DNA from: an uncultured Acidimicrobiia bacterium
GTDB lineage: Bacteria > Actinomycetota > Acidimicrobiia > IMCC26256 > CAWATG01
NCBI GenBank assembly: GCA_963785035.1
Contig: CAWATG010000015.1
Location: 30,317-94,316, forward strand
DNA: 64,000 nt
Direction: 5' to 3'
A model generated the notes under the pieces. It was not told the origin of the DNA, searched no databases, and was given only the letters and a program-made list of their open reading frames with translations. Below are positions 29,262 through 37,766 of this stretch, piece by piece. The number at the start of each line of letters is the position of its first letter. Position 1 is the stretch's first letter. Both the position numbers and the translations under genes were made by a program.

Positions 29262-29414
29262 GGCTCAGCTCACCACTCTCGATATCGCGCCGGGAGTTCC
29301 GCCCACGGGTCCGAGCGTAAGCCGACTGTTCGCGGGGTGGCAGAGACGTTGGTCCCAAGCCGGCGTTTTGACATCAGTCGAGGCAGTCGTTGACGTGATC
29401 GGAACCAGCGGCCC

Positions 29415-29443
29415 TTGACTATCGAAGTTCGATACATCATACT
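29415..29443 (+). promoter_or_regulatory. padR promoter with palindromic operator
   Basis: TTGACT (29415-29420), 17 nt, CATACT (29438-29443). The palindrome ATCGAAGTTCGAT (29421-29433) fills the spacer. The ATG at 29450 is 6 nt after the -10 box, so the transcript looks leaderless. Confidence 0.55.
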
Positions 29444-29449
29444 TCGAGC

Positions 29450-29800
29450 ATGCGTCGAAGGAATGAGACCCCGAAATCACTTCCGGCAGCGTCGTTGCAC
29501 ATCGTGTTGGCGTTGCTCGACGGCGAGCTGCACGGCTACACGGTGATGCAGCGAGTCGGGGAGCTGAGCGATGGCGCAGTCAAGATGGGGCCGGGCACGC
29601 TCTACGGAACCTTGAACCGTCTCGTAGACGACGGCCTCGTGGTCGAGACCACCGATCGAGTGGAGCGGGACGAGGGCGAGCGGCGCCGCTACTACGAGCT
29701 GAGCGCCAGCGGACGGTCGGTGGCCGTGGCCGAGTTGGCTCGCCTGCGGACTCTGGTTGATCGGGTGACCCGCACGCTCGACGGCGGAGCGATCGCGTGA
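29450..29800 (+). CDS. PadR-family transcriptional regulator
   Basis: LHIVLALLDGELHGYTVMQRVGELSDGAVKMGPGTLYGTLNRLVDDGLV...RRRYYELSASG. Confidence 0.85.
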   Translation: MRRRNETPKSLPAASLHIVLALLDGELHGYTVMQRVGELSDGAVKMGPGTLYGTLNRLVDDGLVVETTDRVERDEGERRRYYELSASGRSVAVAELARLRTLVDRVTRTLDGGAIA

Positions 29801-29854
29801 ACGTCAACGAACGCGAACGCCGACAATCGCTTTCTGCGCGCGTACGGGGCACTC

Positions 29855-30394
29855 GTGGCCTTGTACCCCCGCGAGTTCCGCGATGAGTACGGCGCGGACA
29901 TGGTCCAACTCGCGCGCGACGCCTGGCGCGACGATCCGCCGTGGCGAGTGGCGGGCCGTGTCGTTGTGGATCTCGCGATCTCGATTCCCACCCAACACTT
30001 GGAGGTCCGCATGCACCGAAGCCCGTCCCCTCTGGTCCCGCTCATCTACACCGCCGTTTCTGGTGCGGGGATCGTTCTCGCGCTCGTTGGCGGAACGAAC
30101 GTTGCGTCGCTCATCCTCGGACTCGTGATCGCCGCGATCGCCGGGACGCTTGCTGTGATTGGGTGGCGCAGGGACGCCCCGATCGGCCGCTCCGTGCAGA
30201 CGACGCATTGGTGGAAGTTCGTCGTCGCAGGCCCGGTGATCATCGGCGCCGTCATCGTTGCAGCCGGGCTCGGGGTTGAGGCCTGGTTCGTTGGGATGTT
30301 CTTCGTGTTCTTGGCCTTTGTCCTGACCGGTGTCGGTCTTCTCCTCGGACTTGCGCGTCTCGCGACCCGTCGCCCGCCGGCGTTGCCGACATGA
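29855..30394 (+). CDS. PadR-associated membrane protein (N-terminus probably further upstream in another frame)
   Basis: LYPREFRDEYGADMVQLARD followed by 4 TM segments. The conserved FLRAYGAL lies upstream of the first start codon in this frame. A GTG at 29797 overlaps the padR stop but is in another frame, which suggests a frameshift near 29815-29830. Confidence 0.6.
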   Translation: MALYPREFRDEYGADMVQLARDAWRDDPPWRVAGRVVVDLAISIPTQHLEVRMHRSPSPLVPLIYTAVSGAGIVLALVGGTNVASLILGLVIAAIAGTLAVIGWRRDAPIGRSVQTTHWWKFVVAGPVIIGAVIVAAGLGVEAWFVGMFFVFLAFVLTGVGLLLGLARLATRRPPALPT

Positions 30395-30425
30395 CACCGG
30401 GCTCCTTCGCCGCCGCGCTCGTCTC

Positions 30426-31145
30426 TCAGCACATCGCGATGCGGCGATCGAAGTCCGCAGCGAGGTCGACCAGTGCGGCGCCGCAGTCGCCGGTGTAGGC
30501 AGGGGCGTGCATCGGGGCGAGCGTCTCGATTTCGAGCTGGGCCAGCCGACGGCACGTCGCACCACTCGACGGGTGCAGCGACATCGAGCCGGGCATCTCG
30601 TCCTCGGCTTGCACGGCAGGGCCCACTATGTCGTCGTTCGTCGCGGCGGCGTACGGCCCGTTCCAAGTGAACAGATCGCCGCAGAACAATGTCTTTGTCG
30701 TGACGTCGTAGAGCACGCCGGCCTCCCACGCGTGAGGCACATGTGGGGTGTCGAACCACTGCACGAGGTGCCCGCCGATGTCGAGTGTCTCGCCGTCGCC
30801 GAGTGCTTGTGGCGCCCGGTCGGCGAGATCACTGAGTGACACCATGCACCCGATGAAGCCGTGGGCGACGGTGGCATGCGGCGCGAGCGCCAGCCACTCG
30901 TTCATCGAACCTGACTCGTCGGCTTCGACATGGCCGAAGCTCAACCACCGAACCGCGTCGGCCGGGAGGACGGTGGACACAGCGGCTGACACGAGCGGGA
31001 ACATGGCGCGCATGCCGGTGTGGAAGAGCAGCGGTTCAGCCGCCGCGATGAGGTACTGGTTGAAGGCCACCGGGGCGTCGGGGAACACCGTCGTCAGTTG
31101 GTGGATGCCTGTGGCGACTTCGGTCACCCTCGTCTGAGCGTCCAT
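30426..31145 (-). CDS. MBL-fold metallo-hydrolase
   Basis: 239 aa: FNQYLIAAAEPLLFHTG...SFGHVEADESG...FDTPHVPHAWE...CGDLF. Confidence 0.75.
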   Translation of the reverse strand: MDAQTRVTEVATGIHQLTTVFPDAPVAFNQYLIAAAEPLLFHTGMRAMFPLVSAAVSTVLPADAVRWLSFGHVEADESGSMNEWLALAPHATVAHGFIGCMVSLSDLADRAPQALGDGETLDIGGHLVQWFDTPHVPHAWEAGVLYDVTTKTLFCGDLFTWNGPYAAATNDDIVGPAVQAEDEMPGSMSLHPSSGATCRRLAQLEIETLAPMHAPAYTGDCGAALVDLAADFDRRIAMC

Positions 31146-31918
31146 CAGAACGGCACCTCCGCGGAGAGAAGGCCGGTGCGTGGCATCGCGTCAGCCGGCG
31201 GGCGAGAAGAGAGCGTTCGGCACATCTCGATCGCGTCGATGGTGACGTGCTCACCGCTGCCGTCACCGGCGACGAACTCGCCGCCGGCGGGACCGGTGAG
31301 CGTGAGCGTGAACGGCTTCTCGCAACGTCGGGCCAGTTCGGCGACGACGTCGGCGACGATGCGTCCGTCATGCTCGGCGCTGAGTTCGAGGTCGCGTCCG
31401 GTTGCGCGGGCGATGTCGATGCGGTGCATCCAAGGGTCGCGCGTGAGGATCGTGTCGAGCAGGTACGCCATACGCCACGTTTCGGGCTTGCCGTCGACGT
31501 GCTCCTTCATCGGCATCTTCCGGAAGAGCCACGGCGCCTTGGCACGCCAGCGAGCGGCGCGCGGTCCGATCTCGTCGATGCGGACGATCAGCTCGTCGGT
31601 CGACAGGTCGGCGTGATCGGCGACCTGCTTGGCCGCCAACGCGTCAATCATCGGACCCCCATCACGCTTCGAGGTTTTGTTGGCGGCGCTCATCGCCGCG
31701 AACATCCGGCGGAAGCCGGTGAACGTCGCCATCATGCCGAGATTGTGTCCGGCGACGGCTCGGACGTCCCACAGCGGGCAGTCCGTGGGTTTGGACCAAT
31801 CGTCAGCGGACAGCGATCGCAGCTGCGACGACATGCGCGCGTATTCGGTGCGCGCAAGGCGCTCGGTGTCGGAACGGGTGATCGGTTCGATGGTGTCGAC
31901 TGATCGTGCAGTCATCAT
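31145..31918 (-). CDS. Maleylpyruvate isomerase-family, mycothiol-dependent (DinB-like, TIGR03083-type) protein
   Basis: The internal start MMTARSV... of ORF 31145-32458, 257 aa. The sequence includes TEYARMSSQLRSLSADDWSKPTDCPLWDVRAVAGH. The start overlaps the tetR stop (ATGA). Confidence 0.7.
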   Translation of the reverse strand: MMTARSVDTIEPITRSDTERLARTEYARMSSQLRSLSADDWSKPTDCPLWDVRAVAGHNLGMMATFTGFRRMFAAMSAANKTSKRDGGPMIDALAAKQVADHADLSTDELIVRIDEIGPRAARWRAKAPWLFRKMPMKEHVDGKPETWRMAYLLDTILTRDPWMHRIDIARATGRDLELSAEHDGRIVADVVAELARRCEKPFTLTLTGPAGGEFVAGDGSGEHVTIDAIEMCRTLSSRPPADAMPRTGLLSAEVPF

Positions 31919-32532
31919 CGTGCTCGCCTCCTCACGTGTGGTTTCTTCGCCCTTTTGGTCATGTAGTCGTAGAACATGTCGACGGCGTCGTCGATCAAGC
32001 GGATCCAGCGATCGCCGCCAGGGTCGTTCGAGAGCTGCTGGTCGGCTAGGCCCGTGCCGATGGCAGTGAACAGGTCGACCGCGTCGGGGTCGGTGATGCC
32101 ACACGCCGCCATGCGTTGGCCAATCCGTTCCAGGCTGGCTTCGGAGATGGCGAACGACTCGGCCGACGGTTCGAATCCGGGGATGGTCCGTTGGAACAGC
32201 AACAGGTAGCGCGCCGCGTCGGCCGCGCAGAACTCGACGAAGTAGTGGATCAACTCCTTCAGGCCTTCGAGCGAGTCGGAGAGCTCGCCGGTCGGCTCGG
32301 CATTGGCGAACTCGCGCGCGCCCTGCGCGTACATCTCGTCGTAGATGGCGTTCTTCGAGTCGAAGTAGCTGTAGAGCGAGGGCGCCTGCATTCCGACTGC
32401 GCGAGCCAGGTCGCGCAACGACAATGCAGCGAGCCCGTCGGCACGCACCTGCGTCCACGCGGCCGCAAGGATTTCGGCCTTCGTCGCTGCTCGGCGCTGA
32501 GCCCGCCTATCTGGCTTAGGAATCTCTAACAC
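31915..32532 (-). CDS. TetR-family transcriptional regulator
   Basis: RRAATKAEILAAAWTQVRADGLAALSLRDLARAVGMQAPSLYSYFDSKNAIYDEM. The GTG start at 32532 is inferred. Confidence 0.85.
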   Translation of the reverse strand: MLEIPKPDRRAQRRAATKAEILAAAWTQVRADGLAALSLRDLARAVGMQAPSLYSYFDSKNAIYDEMYAQGAREFANAEPTGELSDSLEGLKELIHYFVEFCAADAARYLLLFQRTIPGFEPSAESFAISEASLERIGQRMAACGITDPDAVDLFTAIGTGLADQQLSNDPGGDRWIRLIDDAVDMFYDYMTKRAKKPHVRRRAR

Positions 32533-32712
32533 GATTAGGAGAATAGAACGCCGTTCGCTTGATGTCAAGCAACCTGGTCGTGCCCTGCGGTTCGCAGCGA
32601 TGACGGAACCGCCGTGGGGCACTAACGTCGGTGCGCACAAGCACCTCGCCGGCATCGAATGCCGTGACGTCACCGCTGACCGCCCCTATTTCTTCTCAAG
32701 AGGAAGTGCCCG

Positions 32713-33369
32713 ATGTCCGAGGTCGTCGTTCATAACTTTTCTGTGTCGCTCGATGGGTTCGGGACTGGCGATGGTCTGAGCTACGAAGCACCATTCGGCC
32801 ATGCTGGTCAGCGGCTGCACGAGTGGATGATCGCCACCCGGTTCGGGAGCTTGATGTTCGGCCGGCCTGGCGGCAGCGTCGGGGTCGATAACGCGTTCGC
32901 CGAACGCCACGCACATGGCATCGGTGCGGAGATCATGGGGCGCGGGAAGTTCAGCCCACACTCCGGCCCGTGGACGGACGTCGGAACCGACCAAGAGTGG
33001 CGGGGATGGTGGGGGTCGAACCCTCCGTTTCACACGCCGGTCTTCGTGCTCACCCACCATCCACGTCCGTCGATCGAGATGGAGGGCGGCACGGTGTTCC
33101 ACTTTGTCGATGCCGCCCCGCACGAGGTGCTCGCCCTTGCCCAAGATGCCGCCGGGCAGCTGGGCGTTCGGATCGGCGGAGGGGTAACGGTGGTTCGGGA
33201 CTTTCTCGCCGCCGGACTCATTGACATCGCCCACATCGTCGAGGTGCCGATCTTGCTGGGTCGCGGGGTACGCCTCTGGGACGGGCTTGCTGGGCTCGAA
33301 GCTACCTACCGCATCGAGTCAGTCGTGTCGCCGAGCGGCGTCACGCACCACACGTTCACCCGCCACTGA
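32713..33369 (+). CDS. Dihydrofolate reductase-family (RibD C-terminal domain) protein
   Basis: VVHNFSVSLDGFGTG...GAEIMGRGKF...VFVLTHH...GGGVTVVRDFLAAGLID. Confidence 0.8.
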   Translation: MSEVVVHNFSVSLDGFGTGDGLSYEAPFGHAGQRLHEWMIATRFGSLMFGRPGGSVGVDNAFAERHAHGIGAEIMGRGKFSPHSGPWTDVGTDQEWRGWWGSNPPFHTPVFVLTHHPRPSIEMEGGTVFHFVDAAPHEVLALAQDAAGQLGVRIGGGVTVVRDFLAAGLIDIAHIVEVPILLGRGVRLWDGLAGLEATYRIESVVSPSGVTHHTFTRH

Positions 33370-33373
33370 CGCG

Positions 33374-33847
33374 TCAGCCGCGTACTGCTCGTTCGATGGC
33401 GCCGACATCGATCTTCTGCATCGTCATCATCGCTTCGAACGCTCGTTGCGCTTTCGCTCCGCCGGCGGCAAGCGCGTCGGTCAAGACGGTCGGAGTGATC
33501 TGCCACGAGACACCCCATTTGTCCTTGCACCATCCGCACTCGCTTTCCTGGCCGCCGTTGCCGACGATTGCGTTCCAGTAGCGGTCGGTTTCGGCTTGGT
33601 CTTCGGTTGCGACCTGGAAGGAGAACGCCTCGTTGTGGGTGAATTCGGGGCCTCCGTTGAGGCCGATGCAGGGGATGCCGAGAACAGTGAATTCGACCAC
33701 GAGCGGGTCGCCTTTCTTCCCGGATGGATAGTCGCCGGGCGCATGTCGCACGGCCCCGACTTGGCTATCGGGAAAGACCGAACAGTAGAAACGGGCGGCA
33801 TCCTCGGCGTCGTCGGCATACCAAAGGCAAATTGTGTTCTTCGCCAT
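33374..33847 (-). CDS. VOC-family protein (PhnB-like / 3-demethylubiquinone methyltransferase-domain fold)
   Basis: MAKNTICLWYADDAEDAARFYCSVFPDS...LNGGPEFTHNEAFSFQV...CGWCKDKWGVSWQITP. Confidence 0.8.
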   Translation of the reverse strand: MAKNTICLWYADDAEDAARFYCSVFPDSQVGAVRHAPGDYPSGKKGDPLVVEFTVLGIPCIGLNGGPEFTHNEAFSFQVATEDQAETDRYWNAIVGNGGQESECGWCKDKWGVSWQITPTVLTDALAAGGAKAQRAFEAMMTMQKIDVGAIERAVRG

Positions 33848-33960
33848 TCCTGCCTCCACTTTCTTCGTTGAGGTGTTCGGCCTTGTTCTCTTCGGGCGCT
33901 TTCGCAATCTTCATTCGCGCTGAGAGTGGGAAATTCGCGTAGAATGACCCAGGCGCGCCG

Positions 33961-34935
33961 ATGAGTGCGGCCAGTCGAATGGAGGACGTCATCGCTGCAA
34001 CAGTAATCGTGCTGGTCATTTGCGCGGTCCTGCTGGTCGTGCTTGTTTTCGCATCGGTCAAGACGGTTGCGCAGGGAAGCGTCGCGGTGACGACGATTTT
34101 CGGGAAGTACCACAAGATCCGACGGCCAGGCCTGAGCTTTTTGATTCCCTTCGTGGAGCAGATTTTCCGCCGGATCAGTACGCAAAACCGAGCTGTCGAG
34201 CTGCAGTTCCAGGCGATTACGCAGGATCAAGCCAACGTGTATTTCACGGCGATGATGGTGTACTCGGTGTTGAACGAGGGCGAGGAGGCCATCAAGAACG
34301 TCGCGTTCAAGTTCGTCAGTGAGAAGGATTTCCTCACTGCGCTGGTACGAAGCGTCGAGGGCAGCACTCGTGGTTTCGTGGCGACGATGCGCCAGGCCGA
34401 GATCCTCGGTCTGCGCGGTGAGATTGTCAGCGAGGTCAAGGCGAACCTCGACGTCACCGTCGAGACCTGGGGTTATCACTTGCTCGACTTGCAGTTGAAC
34501 GACATCACGTTCGATCAGGCGATCACGACCTCGATGGCCCAGGTCGTCGCATCCAACAACCTGAAGGCCGCGGCGACCAATGAGGGTGATGCATTGTTGA
34601 TTCGGCGCACCAAGGAAGCCGAGGCCGAGGGCACCGCGATTCGTATCGCAGCCGAAGCCGAACGCACCGCTGCACAGCTGCGGGGTCAGGGCGTCGCGCT
34701 GTTCCGCGAGGAGGTTGGCCGTGGTCTCACGCAGGCCGCACGCGAGATGGAGGAGAACCACGTCGACTCCTCGCTGATTCTGTTCTCGATCTGGACTGAA
34801 TCGATTCGGCACATGGCTGAGAACGGCAAGGGGAACGTCCTGTTTCTCGACGGTTCGCCAGAGGGCATGGAGAAACAGATGCGTGATCTGATGGCGATGC
34901 AGCAACTGAATATTGCTCAACGCCCCACGGCCTAA
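33961..34935 (+). CDS. SPFH/band-7 (stomatin/prohibitin-like) membrane protein
   Basis: An N-terminal TM segment, then VKTVAQGSVAVTTIFGKYHKIRRPGLSFLIPFVEQI...DLQLNDITFD...EAEAEG, with a coiled-coil tail. Confidence 0.85.
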   Translation: MSAASRMEDVIAATVIVLVICAVLLVVLVFASVKTVAQGSVAVTTIFGKYHKIRRPGLSFLIPFVEQIFRRISTQNRAVELQFQAITQDQANVYFTAMMVYSVLNEGEEAIKNVAFKFVSEKDFLTALVRSVEGSTRGFVATMRQAEILGLRGEIVSEVKANLDVTVETWGYHLLDLQLNDITFDQAITTSMAQVVASNNLKAAATNEGDALLIRRTKEAEAEGTAIRIAAEAERTAAQLRGQGVALFREEVGRGLTQAAREMEENHVDSSLILFSIWTESIRHMAENGKGNVLFLDGSPEGMEKQMRDLMAMQQLNIAQRPTA

Positions 34936-35046
34936 CAGTCTGACCGGCTGCACAGAAAAGGTGCGGTCCTGCCGCTCTGCCGAATGCGATGCTCGACGGC
35001 ATTGAGGCGTTCGATCCCTGAAATGTCCGCGCTGCCGCGACCGTGG

Positions 35047-35577
35047 TCAGTGTCGCTTGACGCCCCCGTACTTCATGCGCGTGTCGCTCATTGAGGCGGA
35101 GGTGGCAGCGTCGTCGTTGATCGCGGCGTCGATCACCTCACCGACGAACAGGGTGTGCGTGCCGAGATCCATTTGGTGGCGGACTTCGCAGTCCATCCAC
35201 GCCAGTGCCTCGTCGAACACGGGAGCACCGCTGGTCGCCGCCCGCACCGTCCGGCCGTTCAGTGTCGAGCCGTCATCGACGGCCGGCTTCGAGAACTTCA
35301 CGAACACTCGCGTGTCGTTCGCGTCCCACAGGTTCACACTGAACGACCCGCCGTCGGCGATCAGGCGACGCGTCATCGCCTCGTTGTCGACGGCGACACC
35401 GATCAGCACCGGTTCCATGGAGAGCTGCGTAATCCAGCTGGCGGTCATGGCGTTGCGCTCATCGCCTGCTCGGGAGCCGATGAGGGCGAGCGTGTTCGCG
35501 ATCTTCCACATGACCTTGTTGAGTAGTTCATCGTCAAGGGCCATGCGGCCAGCATAGGAGCGAACGGTCGAGGCCAT
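35047..35577 (-). CDS. Flavin reductase-family (FMN-binding split-barrel) protein
   Basis: NAMTASWITQLSMEPVLIGVAVDNEAMTRRLIADGGSFSVNLW...HTLFVGEV. Confidence 0.8.
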   Translation of the reverse strand: MASTVRSYAGRMALDDELLNKVMWKIANTLALIGSRAGDERNAMTASWITQLSMEPVLIGVAVDNEAMTRRLIADGGSFSVNLWDANDTRVFVKFSKPAVDDGSTLNGRTVRAATSGAPVFDEALAWMDCEVRHQMDLGTHTLFVGEVIDAAINDDAATSASMSDTRMKYGGVKRH

Positions 35578-35682
35578 GTCGACAACTTGAGGGGGCGGTG
35601 GGGCCGGTTGAGGGGCGGTGCCGGCGAGCAGCTGTCCGTCGGGACGGCGTAGATTCCGCTACGTCGAGACGCGAGAGAGTGC

Positions 35683-36561
35683 TTGGAGCGATGCATGCGA
35701 CTTGAAGGCACCGGAATCTGGTCAGGACAGATGCGCTTCGGTGACGCGGGTTTGATCGCCGAGTCCGCCGCGGAGCTCGAGGAGCTCGGTTACAGCGCGA
35801 TCTGGATTCCCGATGTTGGCGGCGATGTGCTCGGCTCCGTCGAGCTCCTGTTGCGAGCTGCACCCCGCGTCGGAGTGGCGACGGGAATCCTGAACGTATG
35901 GATGCAGGATCCTTTCGAGGTCGCGCGGCGTCGTGCTGGGTGGAATGACACGTGGCAGGGCCGTTTTACGCTCGGCCTGGGAGTGAGCCACGCTCCGCTC
36001 ATCGATCAGGGACATCCTGGCCGCTACACGAAGCCGTACTCGAAGATGGTTGATTTCCTGGACGCGCTCGATGGCGCTGAGGTTCCGTTCCCGATCGATG
36101 CACGCGTGCTCGGCGCACTGCGCCCGAGGATGCTCGGCCTTGCCCGTGATCGCGCTGCGGGCGTGCATCCATACTTCGTACCGCCCGAGCATCTCGTCAG
36201 AGCCCGTGAGATCCTCGGCCCTGACGCGACCATTGCAGTTGAGCTCGCCGTCGTGCTCGAGAAGGATCCGTCCTCGGCTCGCGAGACGGCGCGTCGCCAC
36301 ACCGGTATCTATGTGGGCCTGACCAACTACACGAACAACCTGCGCGACTTCGGATTTGGAGACGATGACTTCGCTGAACACGGTAGCGATCGGCTCGTCG
36401 ACGCAATCGTGGCCTGGGGTGACGAGGACGCGATCGCGTCGCGCGTGGCGATGATGCGCGACGCGGGCGCCGATCATGTCTGTATCCAGGTGATCCGCCC
36501 TGACGACGAGATGCCGCGTGCGGAGTGGCGTGCCCTCGCTTCTGCGCTCGTCGGGCATTGA
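35683..36561 (+). CDS. LLM-class (luciferase-like), probably F420-dependent oxidoreductase
   Basis: LGYSAIWIPDVGG...RFTLGLGVSHAPLI...GALRPRMLGLARDRAAGVHPYF...GADHVCIQVI. The start may be ATG 35695. Confidence 0.75.
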   Translation: MERCMRLEGTGIWSGQMRFGDAGLIAESAAELEELGYSAIWIPDVGGDVLGSVELLLRAAPRVGVATGILNVWMQDPFEVARRRAGWNDTWQGRFTLGLGVSHAPLIDQGHPGRYTKPYSKMVDFLDALDGAEVPFPIDARVLGALRPRMLGLARDRAAGVHPYFVPPEHLVRAREILGPDATIAVELAVVLEKDPSSARETARRHTGIYVGLTNYTNNLRDFGFGDDDFAEHGSDRLVDAIVAWGDEDAIASRVAMMRDAGADHVCIQVIRPDDEMPRAEWRALASALVGH

Positions 36562-36700
36562 TCGCCGGGAAATCACTTTTCGCAACAGGAATATCGTCCC
36601 AGCAGATGCTGGTGTTGCGCACGAATCCGGCGATGTCACGGCGCGCAGCACCAGTGGCGTTGTCTATGACAAGGCGCCGAGCCCAAGCTTCAGCATCTGC

Positions 36701-37669
36701 TCACCGTAAAACCGGAGTCGTAGCACGGTTGCGTCGGATGCTGAAGATGATCGCAGCGTTCAGGATGACGATGATGACAGCGAGCGACAAATAGGTGTTG
36801 ACGTGGATCCAGTGAGACACGCTCATCTTGACGCCGACGAATACCAGAATGCCTCCGAGGGCGTGGCTGAGGTAGTGGAACTTCTCCTTGGCGCCGGCGA
36901 GTAAGAAATACAGCGCGCGCAGACCAAGGATCGCGAAGGCGTTGGACGCGAACACCAGAAACGGCTCGTGTGACACAGCCAAGATGGCTGGGACGGAGTC
37001 CACTGCGAAGATCACGTCGGTGAGTTCGATCACAACAAGCGCGGCGAGCAGGGGGGTGGCCGCGCGCCGGTAGTTGATTCGGGTCAGGAACTTGTTGCCA
37101 TCGAATTCGGTGCTGACCGGCATCACGCGCCGGAGCATGCCGAGCCCGAGGGTTGCTTCTTTGCGGCCTTCGTCGGCGCGGTGGCGAATGACTTTGACAC
37201 CGGTGTAGACGAGAAAGACGCCCGAAACCACCAGTAGCCACCAGAAGCGTTCGATGAGAGTGGTGCCCGCGAAGATGAACACGGCCCGCATCGCGAGCGC
37301 ACCGAAGATGCCCCAGAACAGCACCCGATGCTGGAACTTGAGCGGGATGGCAAGTGTCGTGAACAGCATCGACCACACGAACACGTTGTCGACGCTGAGC
37401 GACTTCTCGATGAGATAGCCGCTGATGTACTCACCGAATGCCTCGCCGCCGAACGCGAACGCGACCACGCCCGAGAACGCCAAGCCACACGCGATCCACA
37501 CCGTGGATTCGAACAGCGCTTCACGCATGGTCGGCTCGTGGTCGTCGCGGTGGCGTAGCAGGTCCACCGTGAGCATGACGCCGAGCGCGCCCAGGAGAGC
37601 GATCCATCCCCAACCGGGCACATCGATATCAACGAAGTTGCTGTTGAGGTCACCCGCGCCGATCAACAC
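36701..37669 (-). CDS. TerC-family integral membrane protein
   Basis: 322 aa, multi-TM, with the TerC motifs EKSLSVDNVFVW and ELTDVIFAVDSVPAI. Confidence 0.9.
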   Translation of the reverse strand: MLIGAGDLNSNFVDIDVPGWGWIALLGALGVMLTVDLLRHRDDHEPTMREALFESTVWIACGLAFSGVVAFAFGGEAFGEYISGYLIEKSLSVDNVFVWSMLFTTLAIPLKFQHRVLFWGIFGALAMRAVFIFAGTTLIERFWWLLVVSGVFLVYTGVKVIRHRADEGRKEATLGLGMLRRVMPVSTEFDGNKFLTRINYRRAATPLLAALVVIELTDVIFAVDSVPAILAVSHEPFLVFASNAFAILGLRALYFLLAGAKEKFHYLSHALGGILVFVGVKMSVSHWIHVNTYLSLAVIIVILNAAIIFSIRRNRATTPVLR

Positions 37670-37766
37670 GGCAGCATTCCAGACGGCGGATTACAACGAA
37701 GGGCGCTACAAAGCACGGGACGAACCTCAGGCATCGTGGGCCGAAGGTCTTTCCGCCGGGTGTTGC

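Noticed and set aside
37670-37766. Possible yybP-ykoY (Mn2+) riboswitch upstream of the TerC-family gene.
   Set aside because: TerC genes often carry this leader, but the 97-nt gap lacks the conserved GGGGAGUAG / UUGACA-type cores as far as I can read them. An Infernal scan would be needed to settle it.
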